Source: Mobula hypostoma
Lineage: Eukaryota
Direction of reading: 5' to 3'
DNA length: 64,000 nucleotides
Assembly (NCBI RefSeq): GCF_963921235.1
Contig: NC_086108.1
Location: forward strand, 102,550,001-102,614,000
The notes beneath the pieces were generated by a model. The model was not told the DNA's origin. It searched no databases and worked only from the letters and a program-made list of their open reading frames with translations. Below, one piece after another: positions 23,020-35,769 of the stretch. Numbering within the stretch: position 1 is the first letter of the stretch; each line of letters begins with the position of its first letter. The translations under genes were made by a program, and so were the position numbers.

Positions 23020-24130
23020 ATGGTGACTTGCCTCATGACCACCGTCAGTTGGCACTTATATCAGCCATAATGAAGTGTTTGAAAGGTTGGTGATGGCACA
23101 TCTCAACTCTTGGCTCAGAGATGACCTGCATCTGCTTCATTTCACCTATCACCACAATGGGTCAACAGCAGATGCAATTTCTTTGACCACCTGCTCAGTA
23201 GGGACTCATACATCATGCTGGTGTTCACTGCTTACAGCTCAGCGTTCAGCACAATCATCCCATCCAAACTCAACATCAAGCTTCAAGACCTGTGCCTCTC
23301 TACCTCGTTCTGCAACTGGATATTTGACTTCCTCATTGCAGACCTCAATCAGTGAAGACTGGTGACAACATCTCCCCCTCACTGACCATCAACACATGTA
23401 TACCTTCAGGCTGCATGCTTAGCTTTCTGTTTATTGCTCAATACACACAACAGTGTACCTAAGCACAAATCCAATTCTACTTTGCCGAGGACACCACTTA
23501 TTCTTAAGCCCATCACCTCTATTGGGATATAGGCTGCCAGTAGAGGCTTGCTAGAGTGCTCTGTCCGGGCCAGTCTAGGTGAAGATCCTTCCTCTCCCTG
23601 GGATGAGGTCTTTGGAGCTTCTGTTGGCATTTCTGTAGCTCTGGGCTTTTATGGGATGGGATTTCTAGCCCCATGCCCAACCCACCTCCTTTTGCAGTTG
23701 AGCTTGGGACATCATTGTTCTTGGACAAATCACAGGTGAGGCAGCATACAGGAGCAAGTTAGGACCCCTGGTTAAGTGGTGCCACAACAACAACCTCCCA
23801 CACCACAGCAGTAAAACTAAAGAGATGACTATTGACTTTAGGAGAAGAAGGAGGGCAAACGTGTGCCAGTCTATATCAGGGATTCAATGATACAGAGAAT
23901 CAGCAGTTTTAAATTCCTGGGCATTACCAGCTGGATGAAATGCCCTGGGTCCAGCAATAGATGCAACCACAAGTAAGACGTGCCAGCATCTTTATTAGAA
24001 GTTTAAGGAATTTCAGTTGTCACTGAACACTTTAACAAAATTCTACATATGTCTTCTGTTGAAAGTATCCTGACTGGTTACACCATTGTCTGATATGGCA
24101 CTTGAGTGTACAGAAACATGCAGAACTGAG
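23020..24130 (+). mobile_element. Decayed Rex1/Babar RT fragment with an RTE-derived insert (~23500-23730)
   Basis: MKCFERLVMAHLNS...D.L.FTY..N.STADAI motif. Confidence 0.7.
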
Positions 24131-25204
24131 GAAAGTAGAGGAAAATAAGATGGTAGTCATTCTGAACTAAAGTGACAAAGAATTTCTGCACCTGGAAATA
24201 GAACCCAGCCATGCCCTCATCAGCTTGTTGATTCAGGGATTCCAGTCACGTACCACTGCAGTTGACTCCTCATTCTGCTAGTAAGTTTTTACATCATTTT
24301 CTCAAAGAAGAAAACTACAGCGAACTGTCATGTCAGCAGGAAAGATTATTGGCTGCAGTCTACCATCACTACAGGATTTGTATTGGTCCACGACAAAGAA
24401 GCGGATAGGAAAAATTGCAGACACTATCCACTGTGCAAACTGCAACATATTATGGGGCTATTAAAGCAAATACCATGCCATCTTAAAAGCTTCTTTCCCC
24501 AGGCAGTTAATCTGATCAACCATTCTATTTACCACCCATCCCCACTATCTGTTGCCTCAGTCACTGCACTGTAAATACCTTAATCCACTTTTTATAATAC
24601 TCTTCCTAATAATTCCTAATACATGTAAACGTACACAGGGAATAAAGTTGTTCCTTGATCCTTGATCCTTGTGGATAATAACATATGCTGTCAACATAGC
24701 CAATTCCAATCCCAACGTCAGCATAATTTTTTGCATTATTACAATTAGTGCCCAGGGAGTGGTAGTATCTCTGGTGAAGGGGCTTGTTGTGTCTATTCTG
24801 GGGCAGCTGACTCACTTCTGGTCCCCACTGGACACTCAGCACTCACCTGTGGCTCCAAGTAGCTGTATACACGTGACAGTGGCCACACCAGATACACCGC
24901 TTCGACAGGCGGACTAAACCAGTGGCCTCATACCCCAGTGAGCTAGGCACCTGCCTGTCATCAGAGCAAAGTTGCTTGATGAAGCAGCCCTCTAATTGTG
25001 CTGGGTCTCACTGACGTAGAAGAGATACAGTAGATGACCCCAACACTTTTAGGTAAAGCTTTGCCTCACCTGGAAGGACTCCTTTTGCCAGTGTTTGCAA
25101 GCAGACTTGTTAGCCTGATTGAATTTGGCCTGTTCATGAGAGCAGCAAACTGCCAAGGTATTCCTCACAAGGACAACAGCTCATTAATGTAAATTTCTGT
25201 TCAA

Positions 25205-25649
25205 CTCAATGCATAAAAGCATGCAGACATAGTCAAGAGGCTCAGGTGTTGTTCAGGGCAAATATCAGAATGGGATTTTAACTATGGAATAATTATTAGT
25301 GCCAGACGGGGTGGTTTGAGTATCTCAGAAACTGCTGATTTCCTGATATTTTCACACACAACAGTCTCTAGAATTCACGGAGAATGGTGTGAGTGGCAGT
25401 TCTGTTGGCAAAAATGTCTTGCTAATGGCAGAGGTCTGAGGAGAATGACCAGACTGGTTCAAGCTGACAGGAAGGCAACAGTAACTCAAATAACCACGTG
25501 TTAAAACAGTGGTGTGCACAAGAGCATCTCTGAATGTACAACACGTCAGACCTTGAAGTGGATGGTCTACAACAGCAGAAGACCACAAACATACACTAGG
25601 TGGCCACTTTATTAGGTACAGGAGGTACCTAATAATGGGACACTGAGTG
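25205..25649 (+). mobile_element. Tc1-like non-autonomous DNA transposon (right part)
   Basis: Transposase HTH remnant (LSISETAD...SHTTVSR). Homologous to 59689-60230. Terminal IR hairpin at 25594-25649. Confidence 0.75.
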
Positions 25650-26384
25650 GTAAGTAGACTGATTGGATTTGCCCTGTTCAGGTGAGCAGGAAATTGTGGA
25701 GTGGTATTTCACACAGTTATGTATATATTTCCAGCCATAGCAATATTCAAAGTTGAGCCAGATTGTTAATCAATGCAGTACATCTGTAACAACAAGGTCA
25801 GAGAGTTGATCTCATTGGATTTTAATTTTGGTTAGTCATTCATCATAATTGAACACAGGAACTAAGCTTTCCCACAGCTGCAGGAAGACACGATGTACTG
25901 TAATACTTATTTCCATCAGGATTTTCATTAAGCATAGAGATATTTGCACTCACACATCGGGGACCATGGAAGAGCTGAAGGTAAATGGAATGATGTATGA
26001 CATGTCACATTCTGCGTGGATCTGTGCTCTGAGAGAAGTTTTTCATGTATTAGTCTGGGGATGGAGAGAAATCTCACTGTAAAATACAATTTCAAACAGT
26101 ACTTTACAATGAGCTTAGAGCATACCCTTGGAAATTTCATATTTATTACTGCCAAAATTCTGGTCAATCAGAGAAAGACAGGTTAAAATTTCTCTTTCTG
26201 CCAAAGAACCCTACGTGAAACATCACTCCATGCTGATGAAGCTTCTGTGTTTCTGCACTTTTTACACAGCTGACTATTAGCAGAAGGGAAAATAAAATAC
26301 CACACAGTGAAAGGGTTTGATAGGCGAGGTACAGGAGAAAGATTTGCTCCAGTGTAGGAATCCAAAGCAAGGGGAAATTCATTA

Positions 26385-27340
26385 AGTTCAAAGTTCAAAG
26401 TAAATTTATTATCACAGTATACATTTGTCACCATATACAACCCCGAAAAAGATTCATTTTCTTGTAGACATACTCACAAATCCAATAGCCATAATAGAAA
26501 CAATGAAGACCGCACCAACAAGATAAACAACCAGTGTGCAAAAGGTAGCAAACTGTGGAAGCACAAAAAGAAAGAAGAAATAATAATAATAATAAATAAG
26601 CAATAAATATCCAGAACACAAGATGAAAAGTATTTGAGAGTGAGTCCATAGGTTGTGGGAATAATTCAGTGATGGGGCAAATAAAGTCAACCCCTCTGGT
26701 TCAAGAGCCTGATGAAGGCTAATAACTGTTCCTGAAACTGGTATTGTGAGTTCTGAGGCTCCTGTACCTTCTTCCTGATGGCTGCAGTGAAAAGAGAGCA
26801 TGCCTGGGTGGTAGAGGTCTGGGATGATGGATGCTGCCTTCATGTGACAGTGGTCTGTGTAGATATGCTCAATTGTGAGGAGAGCTTTACCTGTGATGGA
26901 CTGGGCTGTATCCCCTACTTTCTGCAGGGTTTTCCATTCAAAGGCATTGGCGTTTCCATGCCAGGCAATCAATATACTTTCCAGCGCGCATCTATAGAAG
27001 TTTGTGAAAGTTTTAGAAGTCATGCCGAATCTTTACAAACCCTTAAGAAAGTATAGGCAGTGGTGTGTTTTCCTCATAATTGCACTTAACTGCTGGGCCC
27101 AGGACGGGTCCTCAGAAGTGATAACACGGAGGAATTAAAGTTTGCTCACCCTCTCCGGCTCTGATCTCCCAGTGAGGACTGGCTCATGGACCTCTAGTTT
27201 CCTCCTCCTGAAATCAATAATTAGCTGCTTGGGCTGGCTGATTGGGTAAGAAGTTATGGCACCACTCAGCCAGATTTTCAATTTCCCTCCTATGTGCTGA
27301 TTCGTCACCACCTCTGATTTGGCTTATGACAGTGGTGTTG
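26385..27340 (-). mobile_element. Rex1/Babar 3' fragment
   Basis: ORF 26454-27023 NFYRCALESIL...AWHGN...LQKV..TAQSITG. (TGAACTT)n tail. Confidence 0.85.
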
Positions 27341-27379
27341 TGCTTGACATGGATATAGAACCAAAAAGAGTAGCAAATA

Positions 27380-27860
27380 CAGTAGTCAAAGTGTTATATC
27401 TCAGTGCATGGACTATAAGCAATAAGGTGGATGATTTTGTTGCACTAATACAGATTGTTGGGTATGATGTTGTGGCCATCGCTGAATCATGGTTGAAGGA
27501 TGTTTGTAGTTTGGAGCTTAATGTCCAAGGTTACACGTTATATCGGAGGGATAGGAAGGTAGGCAGAGGGGGTGGCATGGCCCTGCTGGTAAAGAGTGGC
27601 ATCAAATCATTAGGAAGATGTGACATAATATTGGAAGATGTTGAATCTTTGTGAGCTGAGGAAAGAAACTGGAAGGGTTAAAGGATCCTGATAGCAGTTA
27701 TATACAGGCCTCCCAACAGTAGGTGGGATGTGGATTACAGATTACAATGGGAAATAGAAAAGGTGTGTCAAAAGGGCAATGTTATGGGAGATTTTAACAT
27801 GTTAGACTGGGAAAATCAGTTTGGTAATGGATCTCAAGAGAGTGAATTTATTGAATGCCA
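27380..27860 (+). mobile_element. CR1 endonuclease fragment
   Basis: NKVDD...YDVVAIAESW...RRDRKVGRGGG...MGDFN. Confidence 0.8.
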
Positions 27861-27861
27861 C

Positions 27862-28100
27862 CAGGGAATCCTGCCCATTGTAGTGGCTGGAGCGAATGTA
27901 CTCGAAGAAGCAACCACTCTAACTACATCAAATCTTGGTGATGTAGAGGAGGCTCACCGGGAGCACCGGATACAGAAAACGACTGCAACAGACTTGTAGG
28001 CGATGTATTGCCTCACAAGGAAAGACTGTTTGGCGCCCTGAAAAGTGGTGGGGGATTTGCTGAAGGGGCATGTGTAGCACTTGTCCTGCTTGCAGTTGTC
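27862..28100 (-). mobile_element. Penelope GIY-YIG fragment
   Basis: Similar to the 46500-46580 region. Decayed Penelope endonuclease-region sequence. Confidence 0.5.
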
Positions 28101-28569
28101 TGAACTTTCTCAAATGGTATTTTTACAGTTGTCATTAATGTGTAAATGCTTTAACTGCATAACCCTATTGAACTGCTTACATTGAACATCTGCTTTTCCT
28201 TGGCATTTCACTTCAATGAGGAAACCAAATAATTTGCACACTTTGAAAATTAATGACCGTGCATTCATACTTGATTGATTTGGAATTAAAACCAATTTTC
28301 ACAGAAACATTAGAAGTTGTTCCCATTGATTGGAAGCCAGCAATGTTTCTAGGCAGATAGAGAGGGAACAGGGAGTTCTGGATTTGAAGTCCCAGAAATT
28401 AACAGCCAGCCATCCTTAACTTTTCTTACCGAGACTGGTGATCCATGCCAGACTATTTGTTGGCTCTTACCCATCAATCAGATAAATACAAGGTTGCAAG
28501 CTGCAGACAGGGGAAAGAAGCTTGAGGCTCAATGTGAGAGCGGGGGCAAGTCATTTCAGAAAAGATAAT

Positions 28570-29310
28570 TCAAGATGCAAGATTCAAGGTTATTTAGTGT
28601 TATTTCCAGTACACAAAATCAAAGTCAAAGTACTTTGAAGTATGCATGCAGTATACAGCTCTGAGATTTGTCTTCCCACAGAGAGCCACAGAACAAAGAA
28701 ACACCGTGGAATCCGTTCAAAGAAAACACCAAAAACCCAGTTCACAAAAGAAAGAACAAATTGTACAAAGGTCAAAAAACAAATGAGAAACCACAGAATA
28801 TAATATGTCCAACCACAGAGTTATTGAAACAGTCTGGCAATGTTCAGTTCAGTTCAATTTAGTGTTGTGTCATTTGTTTACAGCAGGCTGTAGAGTCAGT
28901 CCGCCCCGGTCAAAATCACACAAAATAGCAGCGAACAAGGAGGAACCAGAAATCAGAAACACATATAACATGAACCTCAAAGTCCAATCCACAAACTGCA
29001 TCGACTAAACCTTGCCCAAGACCCAAGACTCTGGCACCATCCTCCGGCAGCATTGAGTGAGAGAGACAGAGAGAGACCACAGTGTACGCAGCACAAAGGA
29101 GAACAAAATCATTGTTACTGTGCCGCTATATAGCACAAAAAACACAAAATAAGATAAAGAACACAATAATAATAAAAAGACAATAAAATATAAACACATA
29201 AGCTAGCTTATATACATAGATTGAGTGCATGTCCATGAAGTGATGCTAGGCACAGGAGCGTCTGTATATAAGATGACTGACAGGAAATGATAAAGTAGTG
29301 GTGGTTGGGA
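28570..29310 (-). mobile_element. Nested Rex1/Babar-type 3' UTR pieces
   Basis: Matches 48400-48720 and 34950-35330. (ATCTTGA)n-like tail. Confidence 0.55.
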
Positions 29311-29439
29311 GTGTGGAGGGATTGAAAAGCAATGAGATCAGGGAGATTTGGATTAGCTCACGGTCTAGATTTAGATGAGGTCATAGTGGGGAAGTAGACA
29401 CAGGTATGGGTGATATCCAGGTCAAGTTGAGATCAGATA

Positions 29440-29845
29440 GGGTGGTACAGCGGTGCAGCAGTTCCCTCTGTAAGACTGTGGTTCGATTCCCGTCGGTGTC
29501 CATAAGGAGTTTGTATGTCCTCGCTGTGGGTTTTCTCCAAGAGCCTTGGTTTTACCCCATGTTCCAAAGACATACGGGTCAGAGTTAGTGAGTTGTAACC
29601 ATGCTATGTGACGCCGGAAGCGTGACGACACTTGTGAGCTGCTCTGCACAATCCTAAACAAGGGAAAATCTGCAGATGCTGAAAATCCAAGCAACACACA
29701 CAAAATCAGCACAATCCTGGCAGATTTGATTTGATGTGAAACAACAGCATGTTCCTCTTACGATGTTGGTCATTTTCGCAAACAACACACTTGATCAAAT
29801 GTTTCGATGTTTTGGTGGACATGTGACAAATAAAGCTAATCGTTG
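29440..29845 (+). mobile_element. V-domain SINE with a 53-bp Penelope-end insert (29656-29708)
   Basis: B-box GGTTCGATTCC and V-domain. The insert is flanked by a 10-bp TSD GCACAATCCT at 29646-29655 and 29709-29718. Confidence 0.75.
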
Positions 29846-31104
29846 TTTCATGGGGCTGGTTATCAATGGCTCTTGGAGAAGATGGGGTTAGTATTTTTGG
29901 GAATCAGAATTCTCTTGAAGCTGGGGTAGCTGTTTTTATATCAATTTATCTGGAGTAGGGACAAGCCTGTGGCCACCGACCAGCGACAGCCTCTCATCCT
30001 GATAATGACCAGAGGGCATGCATTTAAGGTGCGAGGAGGTCATTTCTAAGGAGATGTGAGGGGCAGGTTTTTTTACACAGAGGGTGGTGGATAACTGGAA
30101 CATGTTGTGTAGGCTGGTGGTGGAAGCAGAAGCATAAGGGACTTTTCAGAGATGTTTCAATAGACACATGAATGTGAGGAAAATGGAGGGATATCGGCAA
30201 TGTGTAGGCAGAGAGGATTAGTTTAGTTGACCATATGATTTTTTTTAAAACAAGTTTGACACCACATTATGGGCCAAAGAGCCTGTTCTCGTTCTGTGCT
30301 GTTCTATGTTCTACCTTCTTAGATACGACATGGATGATAGAAAAATGGAAGAATATGCAGGAGGGAAGGGAGAGATTGAGTAGGTTAAAAGGTCAGCACA
30401 ATATAGTAGGCTGAAGGGCCTGTACTATTCTTTAATGTTCAGTTCTGTGTTCTGCATTCTGCCACACCTTCTCTTCATCACTAAGTCAATCCTGCAACTC
30501 CTGATCTAACTGTGGGAGTAATTGCAGTACATTTGAACCATTTGCCAGTCAAATCATAGTTCCTCACCTCCCCAGACTGAGATCCAGACCCATCATCGTT
30601 GGGTGACAATATCTACCTCTTATTCTTCTATCAATTACCTTAAACCTCCACCTTTTGGACTTTATTTAAACCTGCATGGATGAGAGTATGCCTTTGAGAG
30701 CATACCAAGTTTTACCAAGCCAGAAGTTAGGAGACTGACAGTCTGCTGAGCGTTAGATCTGTGGCATTCAAGACTGGCAATCCAGAATTCTACAAGAAGT
30801 CCAGGTACAGTTGGAAAGCCATCATGGGAAATACTGGAAACCTAAAATAACTCCCAGTCATTCACGTGCTCGTGGATACGTGCCATGTCCTCTGGGTGAA
30901 CGGCTTCAAGTTCCTGGTCACCAGTATCTCAGAGGGTCTAACCTGAGCCCAACACATTGATTCAATCATGAAGAATGTATGCCAGTGGCTCTACTCCAGC
31001 GGTCCCCAAACACCAGGCCGCAGACCGGTACCGGGCCGCGAGGAAACGATATGAGTCAGCTGCACCTTTCCTCATTCCCTGGCATGCACTGTTGAACTTG
31101 AACA

Positions 31105-31679
31105 TAGGGTTGCCAACTGTCCCATGTTAGCCGGGACATCCCGTATATTGGGCTAAATTGGCTTGTCCCGTATTTCCCCCGCTAAGGTAGAGCATTCCTG
31201 TGAAACCTTTCGTGCCAAAATGGCGTGAAGCGAAGAAGCAATTACCATTAATTTATATGGGAAAAATTTTTGAGCGTTCCCAGACCCAAAAAAACCCTAC
31301 CAAATCACACATAAAACTGAAAATAACACTAACATATTGTAAAAGCAGGAATGAAATGATAAATACACAGCCTATATAAAGTAGAAATAATGTACGTACA
31401 GTATAGTTGGGAAGATGAAGGCAAAAGCGATTTGTGGGGAAAAAAATCGGCATGTACGCGCATGCACACACAGGTGCCCGAGCAAGGCTTCATGGTCATG
31501 GTAGTCTTTTCTGGGGTAAAGTGTCCCGAAGAAGGGTCTCGGCCCGAAACGTCGACTGTACCTCTTCCTATAGATGCTGCCTGGCCTGCTGCGTTCACCA
31601 GTAATTTTTATGTGTGTTGCCGGGATATTTGACTGCTACTTTTGTCCCTTATTTGGGAGTGAGAAAGTTGGCAACCCTA
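31105..31679. mobile_element. Internal TIR element (hAT-Blackjack-like ends)
   Basis: Perfect 14-bp inverted repeats TAGGGTTGCCAACT at 31105-31118 and 31666-31679. Confidence 0.65.
31527..31620 (+). mobile_element. Penelope-end insert with a 5'-truncated hammerhead
   Basis: CCGAAGAAGGGTCTCGGCCCGAAACGTCGACTG...GATGCTGCCTGGCCTGCTGCGTTCACCAG. Confidence 0.8.
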
Positions 31680-32319
31680 ACTGTAAAAGACATGTTCAGG
31701 TGAGTTTAACCCTACGTGAACACCCCCTCCCCCATTCGGCCGGTCCGCAAGAATATTGTCAGTATTAAACCGGTCCGTGGTGCATAAAAGGTTGGGGACC
31801 CCTGCTCTGCTCCATTCAGCATTTGGGAAGATTTGGTATGTCACCAAAGCCTCATCCTCATTTCTACAGACGTATGGCAGAGATCATTCTAACAGTTTGC
31901 ATCACAGCCTGCTGTGGAGGCTCTAATGCGCAGGATCACAAGAGGCTGCTAACGGTTGTAGACTCAGTGAGCTCTATCACGGGCACAGCCCTCCCTACCA
32001 CCGAGTGCATTTTCAAGAGGTGGTACCTCAAGAAGGTGGCATCCATCAACAAGGAGATACAGGAACCTGAGCAACATCAGATTTTTGAATGGTTCATGAA
32101 CCCATGAATCCTACTTCATTATTTCTTTTTTGCACTATTTATTTATTTTGGAATTTATAGTAATATTATGGCTTTACACTGTTACTCTGCCGCAGAACAG
32201 GGATAATAAACCTTAGCTCCCCATATGCTAAAGGAAATGAGACCTTCCTTTTCACTTCTTTGTCCTGATATAGTCATAGAGCACTACAGCACAGAAGCAG
32301 GTACTTCAACTCATCTAGG

Positions 32320-32820
32320 ACCATAAGACATAGAGGCAGAATTGGGCCATTTGGCCCATTGAATCTGCTCTGCCATTTCTTCATGGCTGATCCCTTTTCT
32401 CTCTCAGCCCCAATCTCCTCCCTTCATGCCCTGACTAATCAAGTATCTATCGACCTCTGCCTTAAATATACCCAATGACTTGGCTTCCACAGCCACCTGT
32501 GGTAACGAATTCCACAGATTCACCATTCTCTGGATGAAGAAATTCCTCATCATCTCTATTCTAAAGGGATGTCCTTGTATTCTGAGGCTATTTTCTCCGG
32601 GGTGTCCTTGTATTCTGAGGCTATTTCCTCCGGGATGTCCTTGTATTCTGAGGCTATTTCCTCCAGTCCTAGACTCCCCCACTATCAAAAACATCCTCTC
32701 CACATCAACTCTGTAGAGGCCTTTTAACATTCAATAGGATTCAATGATATCTCCCACTCATTCTCCTAAGCTCAAGTGAGTAAAGACCCTGAACCATTAA
32801 AGGCTGCTCTTATGATAAGA
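32320..32820 (-). mobile_element. CR1 3' fragment
   Basis: ORF 32404-32730 is the CR1 C-terminus. (CTTATGT/G) tail. Confidence 0.8.
32566..32664. repeat. 33-bp tandem repeat x3
   Basis: GGGATGTCCTTGTATTCTGAGGCTATTTCCTCC at 32566, 32599 and 32632. Confidence 0.95.
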
Positions 32821-33797
32821 CCTAGACTGTGCCAAACTATTATTCTGCCTAGTCTCACTGGGCAGGACCCTTGCACTAGGACCATAGCCCTTCCATCCAT
32901 GTACCTATCCATTTTCTCTCTTAGATGTTGAAATTAAACCTGCATCCACCACTTCCACTGGCAATTCAAGCACATTCTCTCCACCCTGAGTGAAGAAGAC
33001 CCTCCTCATGTTCCCTTTAGACATTTCAGCTTTCACCCTTAACCCTTGACCTCTAGTTCTAGTCTCACTCACACAAAATACTCTGCAGATGCTGGGGTCA
33101 AAGCAACACTCTCTCAACCTCAGTGGAAAAAGCCTGCTTGATGAAGGGTCTCAGACCAAAATGTAAACAATTTATACTCCCCAATAGATGCTGCTTAACC
33201 TGCTGAATTCCTCCAGCATTTTATATGTGTTGCTTTGGATATCAAGTATCTGCAGAATCCCTTGTGTTTACTTTGACTGTATCTGGTCTTTTTATAATAT
33301 TATACACTTCAGTTAAGTCATTCTGAACCTCTTCGAATACAAAGAAAATAACCTTAGCCTATCTGATGTTCCTTCAGAGATAAAAGCTTTCCAGTTCTGG
33401 CAATAACCTGGAAAAATCTTGGCAACTAAATAGCTTCATCTGCAGAATAACATAATATAAGGGGTTGAAGATGAGGATGAACAGTTTAAGATTATACTGA
33501 AATGAATCCATTTCATTCCAAACAAATGAACATTGATGTCTGGTGAGGAAGAGCGGCTGTGCAACCTTCAGAAATAACTGAAACCTGTGAATTGAGATCA
33601 AAGGATGGAGAACAAAGTATTGAATCTGTAATTGGATGCTAACCGAACTGCAAAGACCAGTAGGCAGCCTGGGACAGACCATATTAGTTTTGAGTTATAG
33701 AGTTATACAGCATGGAAGCAGGCCCTCTTGGCCCAACTCTTCCAGGGCAAATGTAGTACTTACCAAGCTAGCCCATTGGGCCCATGTCCCTCTAAAC

Positions 33798-33876
33798 CAT
33801 GGGTTCCCAACCTTCTTTATGCCACAGACCCCTAACATTAACAAGAAGTCAATGGACCACAGGTTGGGAATCCCTT
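33798..33876. mobile_element. Tiny hAT-Charlie-like MITE
   Basis: Inverted ends GGGTTCCCAACCT and AGGTTGGGAATCCC. Left flank CTCTAAAC. Right TSD not recognisable. Confidence 0.55.
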
Positions 33877-34445
33877 ATTATCCATAACCATCCCAAGTGT
33901 CTTTGAAATGCTTTTATTGTACCCACCTCAGCCACTTTCTTTGGCAGTTCAATCCATATACTCACCACCCTCTGTGCGAAGAAGTTGCCCCCCCCGGCCC
34001 TTTTTAATATCTTTCACCTATCACCTTAAACTTATGCTCTCTAGTTTTTTTTAATTCCCCCTCCCTGGGAAAAAGGCTGTGTACATCCTTCCTATCTAAA
34101 CCTGTCATGATTTTTTAACTCTTTAAGAGTAGACTCCTTGATGTCCTACATTTCAAGGGATACAGTCCTAGCCTGCCCAACCTCTCCCTATAACTCAGGC
34201 TCTCGAGTCCTAGCAGCATCCTCATGAATCTTCAACACTCTTTCCAGACTAATAATGTCTTTCTACCAAAAATGTATGTAATATTCCAGGTCAACATCAT
34301 GTCCACCTGCATCATAGCATCCCAAATCATGTACTCAATGCCCTGAATATGAAGTACCTTACCCAGACATAACACAACTGTGATATAACAATGAAGAATA
34401 CTTGACCTATTTGTGTAACATATGATATAATTCTGTCATAAGCTC

Positions 34446-34922
34446 AAACACAAGAAAATCTGCAGATGCTGGAAATCCAAAGCAACACAAACAAAACGTA
34501 GGAACTCAGCAGGTCAGGTAGCATTCATGAAAGAGAGTAGACGGTCATTGTTACAAGCTGAGACCTTTCATCAGGATTGGAAAGAGAGGGGGAGGAAGTC
34601 AGAATAAGAAGGTGGGGGGAGGAGAGGAAGAAGTACAAGGTGGCAGGTGATAGGTGAAACCGGGAGAGGGGGTGGGGGTGAAGTAAAGAGCTGGGAAGTT
34701 GATTGGTGAAAGAGATAAAGGACTGAAGAAAGGATAATCTAATAGGAGTGGACAGAAGTCCATGGAAAAAGGGAAGGGTGTGGTGCACCAGAGGGAGATT
34801 ATGGGCTGGTAAGAAGAGAGGGTGTGAGAGGGAAACACGAATGGGGAATGGCGAAGGAGAGGAGGGAGGTAATTACCAAAAGTTGAAGAAATTTTTCATG
34901 CCATCAGGTTGGAGGCAACCCT
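34446..34922 (-). mobile_element. Penelope 3' end / pseudo-LTR with degenerate hammerhead
   Basis: Homologous to 45862-46280. rc reads CAATC-CTGATGA-AAGGTCTCAGCTT-GTAAC. Confidence 0.75.
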
Positions 34923-34949
34923 GTCATAAGCTGTCAATGTGCTCAGTGT

Positions 34950-35700
34950 CAAAGTTTCAAAGTGCATTTATGATTGAAGTATGTACACAGTACACAACCC
35001 TGAGATTCATCTTCCCACAGGCAGCCATGAAACAAAGAAACACCATAGAACGCATTTAAAGAACACATCGAACACCCAACATGTGAAAACAGTACAAATT
35101 GTGCAAATAACACATAGAATATTAAACATTAAAACTACAGAGTCACCAAGGCAGCCCAGGAGCCACAGCCATCGAGGCAGTTCAGTTCAGTGCTGTGTCG
35201 ATGGCTGCAGGCCTCAGCCACAGAGCCAGTTCCACACGAAGGTACCTCGATCAAATCACGCAAATAGCAAAAGGAGAGTAACTAGAAACATATGGAACAT
35301 GAACCGCAACATCCTCTAGCAACAAGCCCACAGCCACGGAGCAGGTTCAGCGCTGGGGACATCAAACTTCAAACTGCAGAGTCCCAAGTGGCACCAAACT
35401 GATCAAACCCGCGCCTTCCTCCAGCAGGAGTGAGAGGGAACTTAATCAAACAAAGGCAGAAGGTGCTGAGCACCCACTCGTCTTCCAGTCTCGTCCTCGT
35501 TAATTTCAGCCTTACATGACACTTTAATTGGCAAGAAGTAATGGAGCTGGCCATGGGTTCATGTTCCAGCATTAGGAAAGAATGGCGGCATACTCCACTC
35601 TCCACCTCGCTGAATTCCCCAGGAGACAACAAAAGCACCAGATCACTTAGTCGGCCCAAAGATGCATCAAAATGGAAATTACAGATTGCAATCGATTGCA
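34950..35700 (-). mobile_element. Non-autonomous element with Rex-type 3' end
   Basis: The 3' end (rc CAAAGTTTCAAAG...ACAACCCTGAGATTCAT) is shared with Rex copies. The body is non-coding and similar to 28640-29070. Confidence 0.5.
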
Positions 35701-35769
35701 GTTCAGGAGAAGAAGCATGTTTAAAAGAAAAACAAGAAGTAGGTCACTCACCTTTAATTCAAAGATTCA

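Larger units (their letters stand above)
30997..31804. mobile_element. hAT-Charlie-like MITE (composite)
   Basis: TIRs CAGCGGTCCCCAA and TTGGGGACCCCTG. 8-bp TSD CTCTACTC (30989-30996) and CTCTGCTC (31805-31812). Inserted in a + strand Rex fragment (~30890-32210). Confidence 0.85.

Noticed and set aside
29440..29500. tRNA genes at B-box motifs (also ~21615 and ~45285)
   Set aside because: tRNA-derived SINE heads followed by a V-domain, with no cloverleaf.
32566..32664. CRISPR-like array
   Set aside because: Head-to-tail repeats without spacers, inside a CR1 in a eukaryotic genome.
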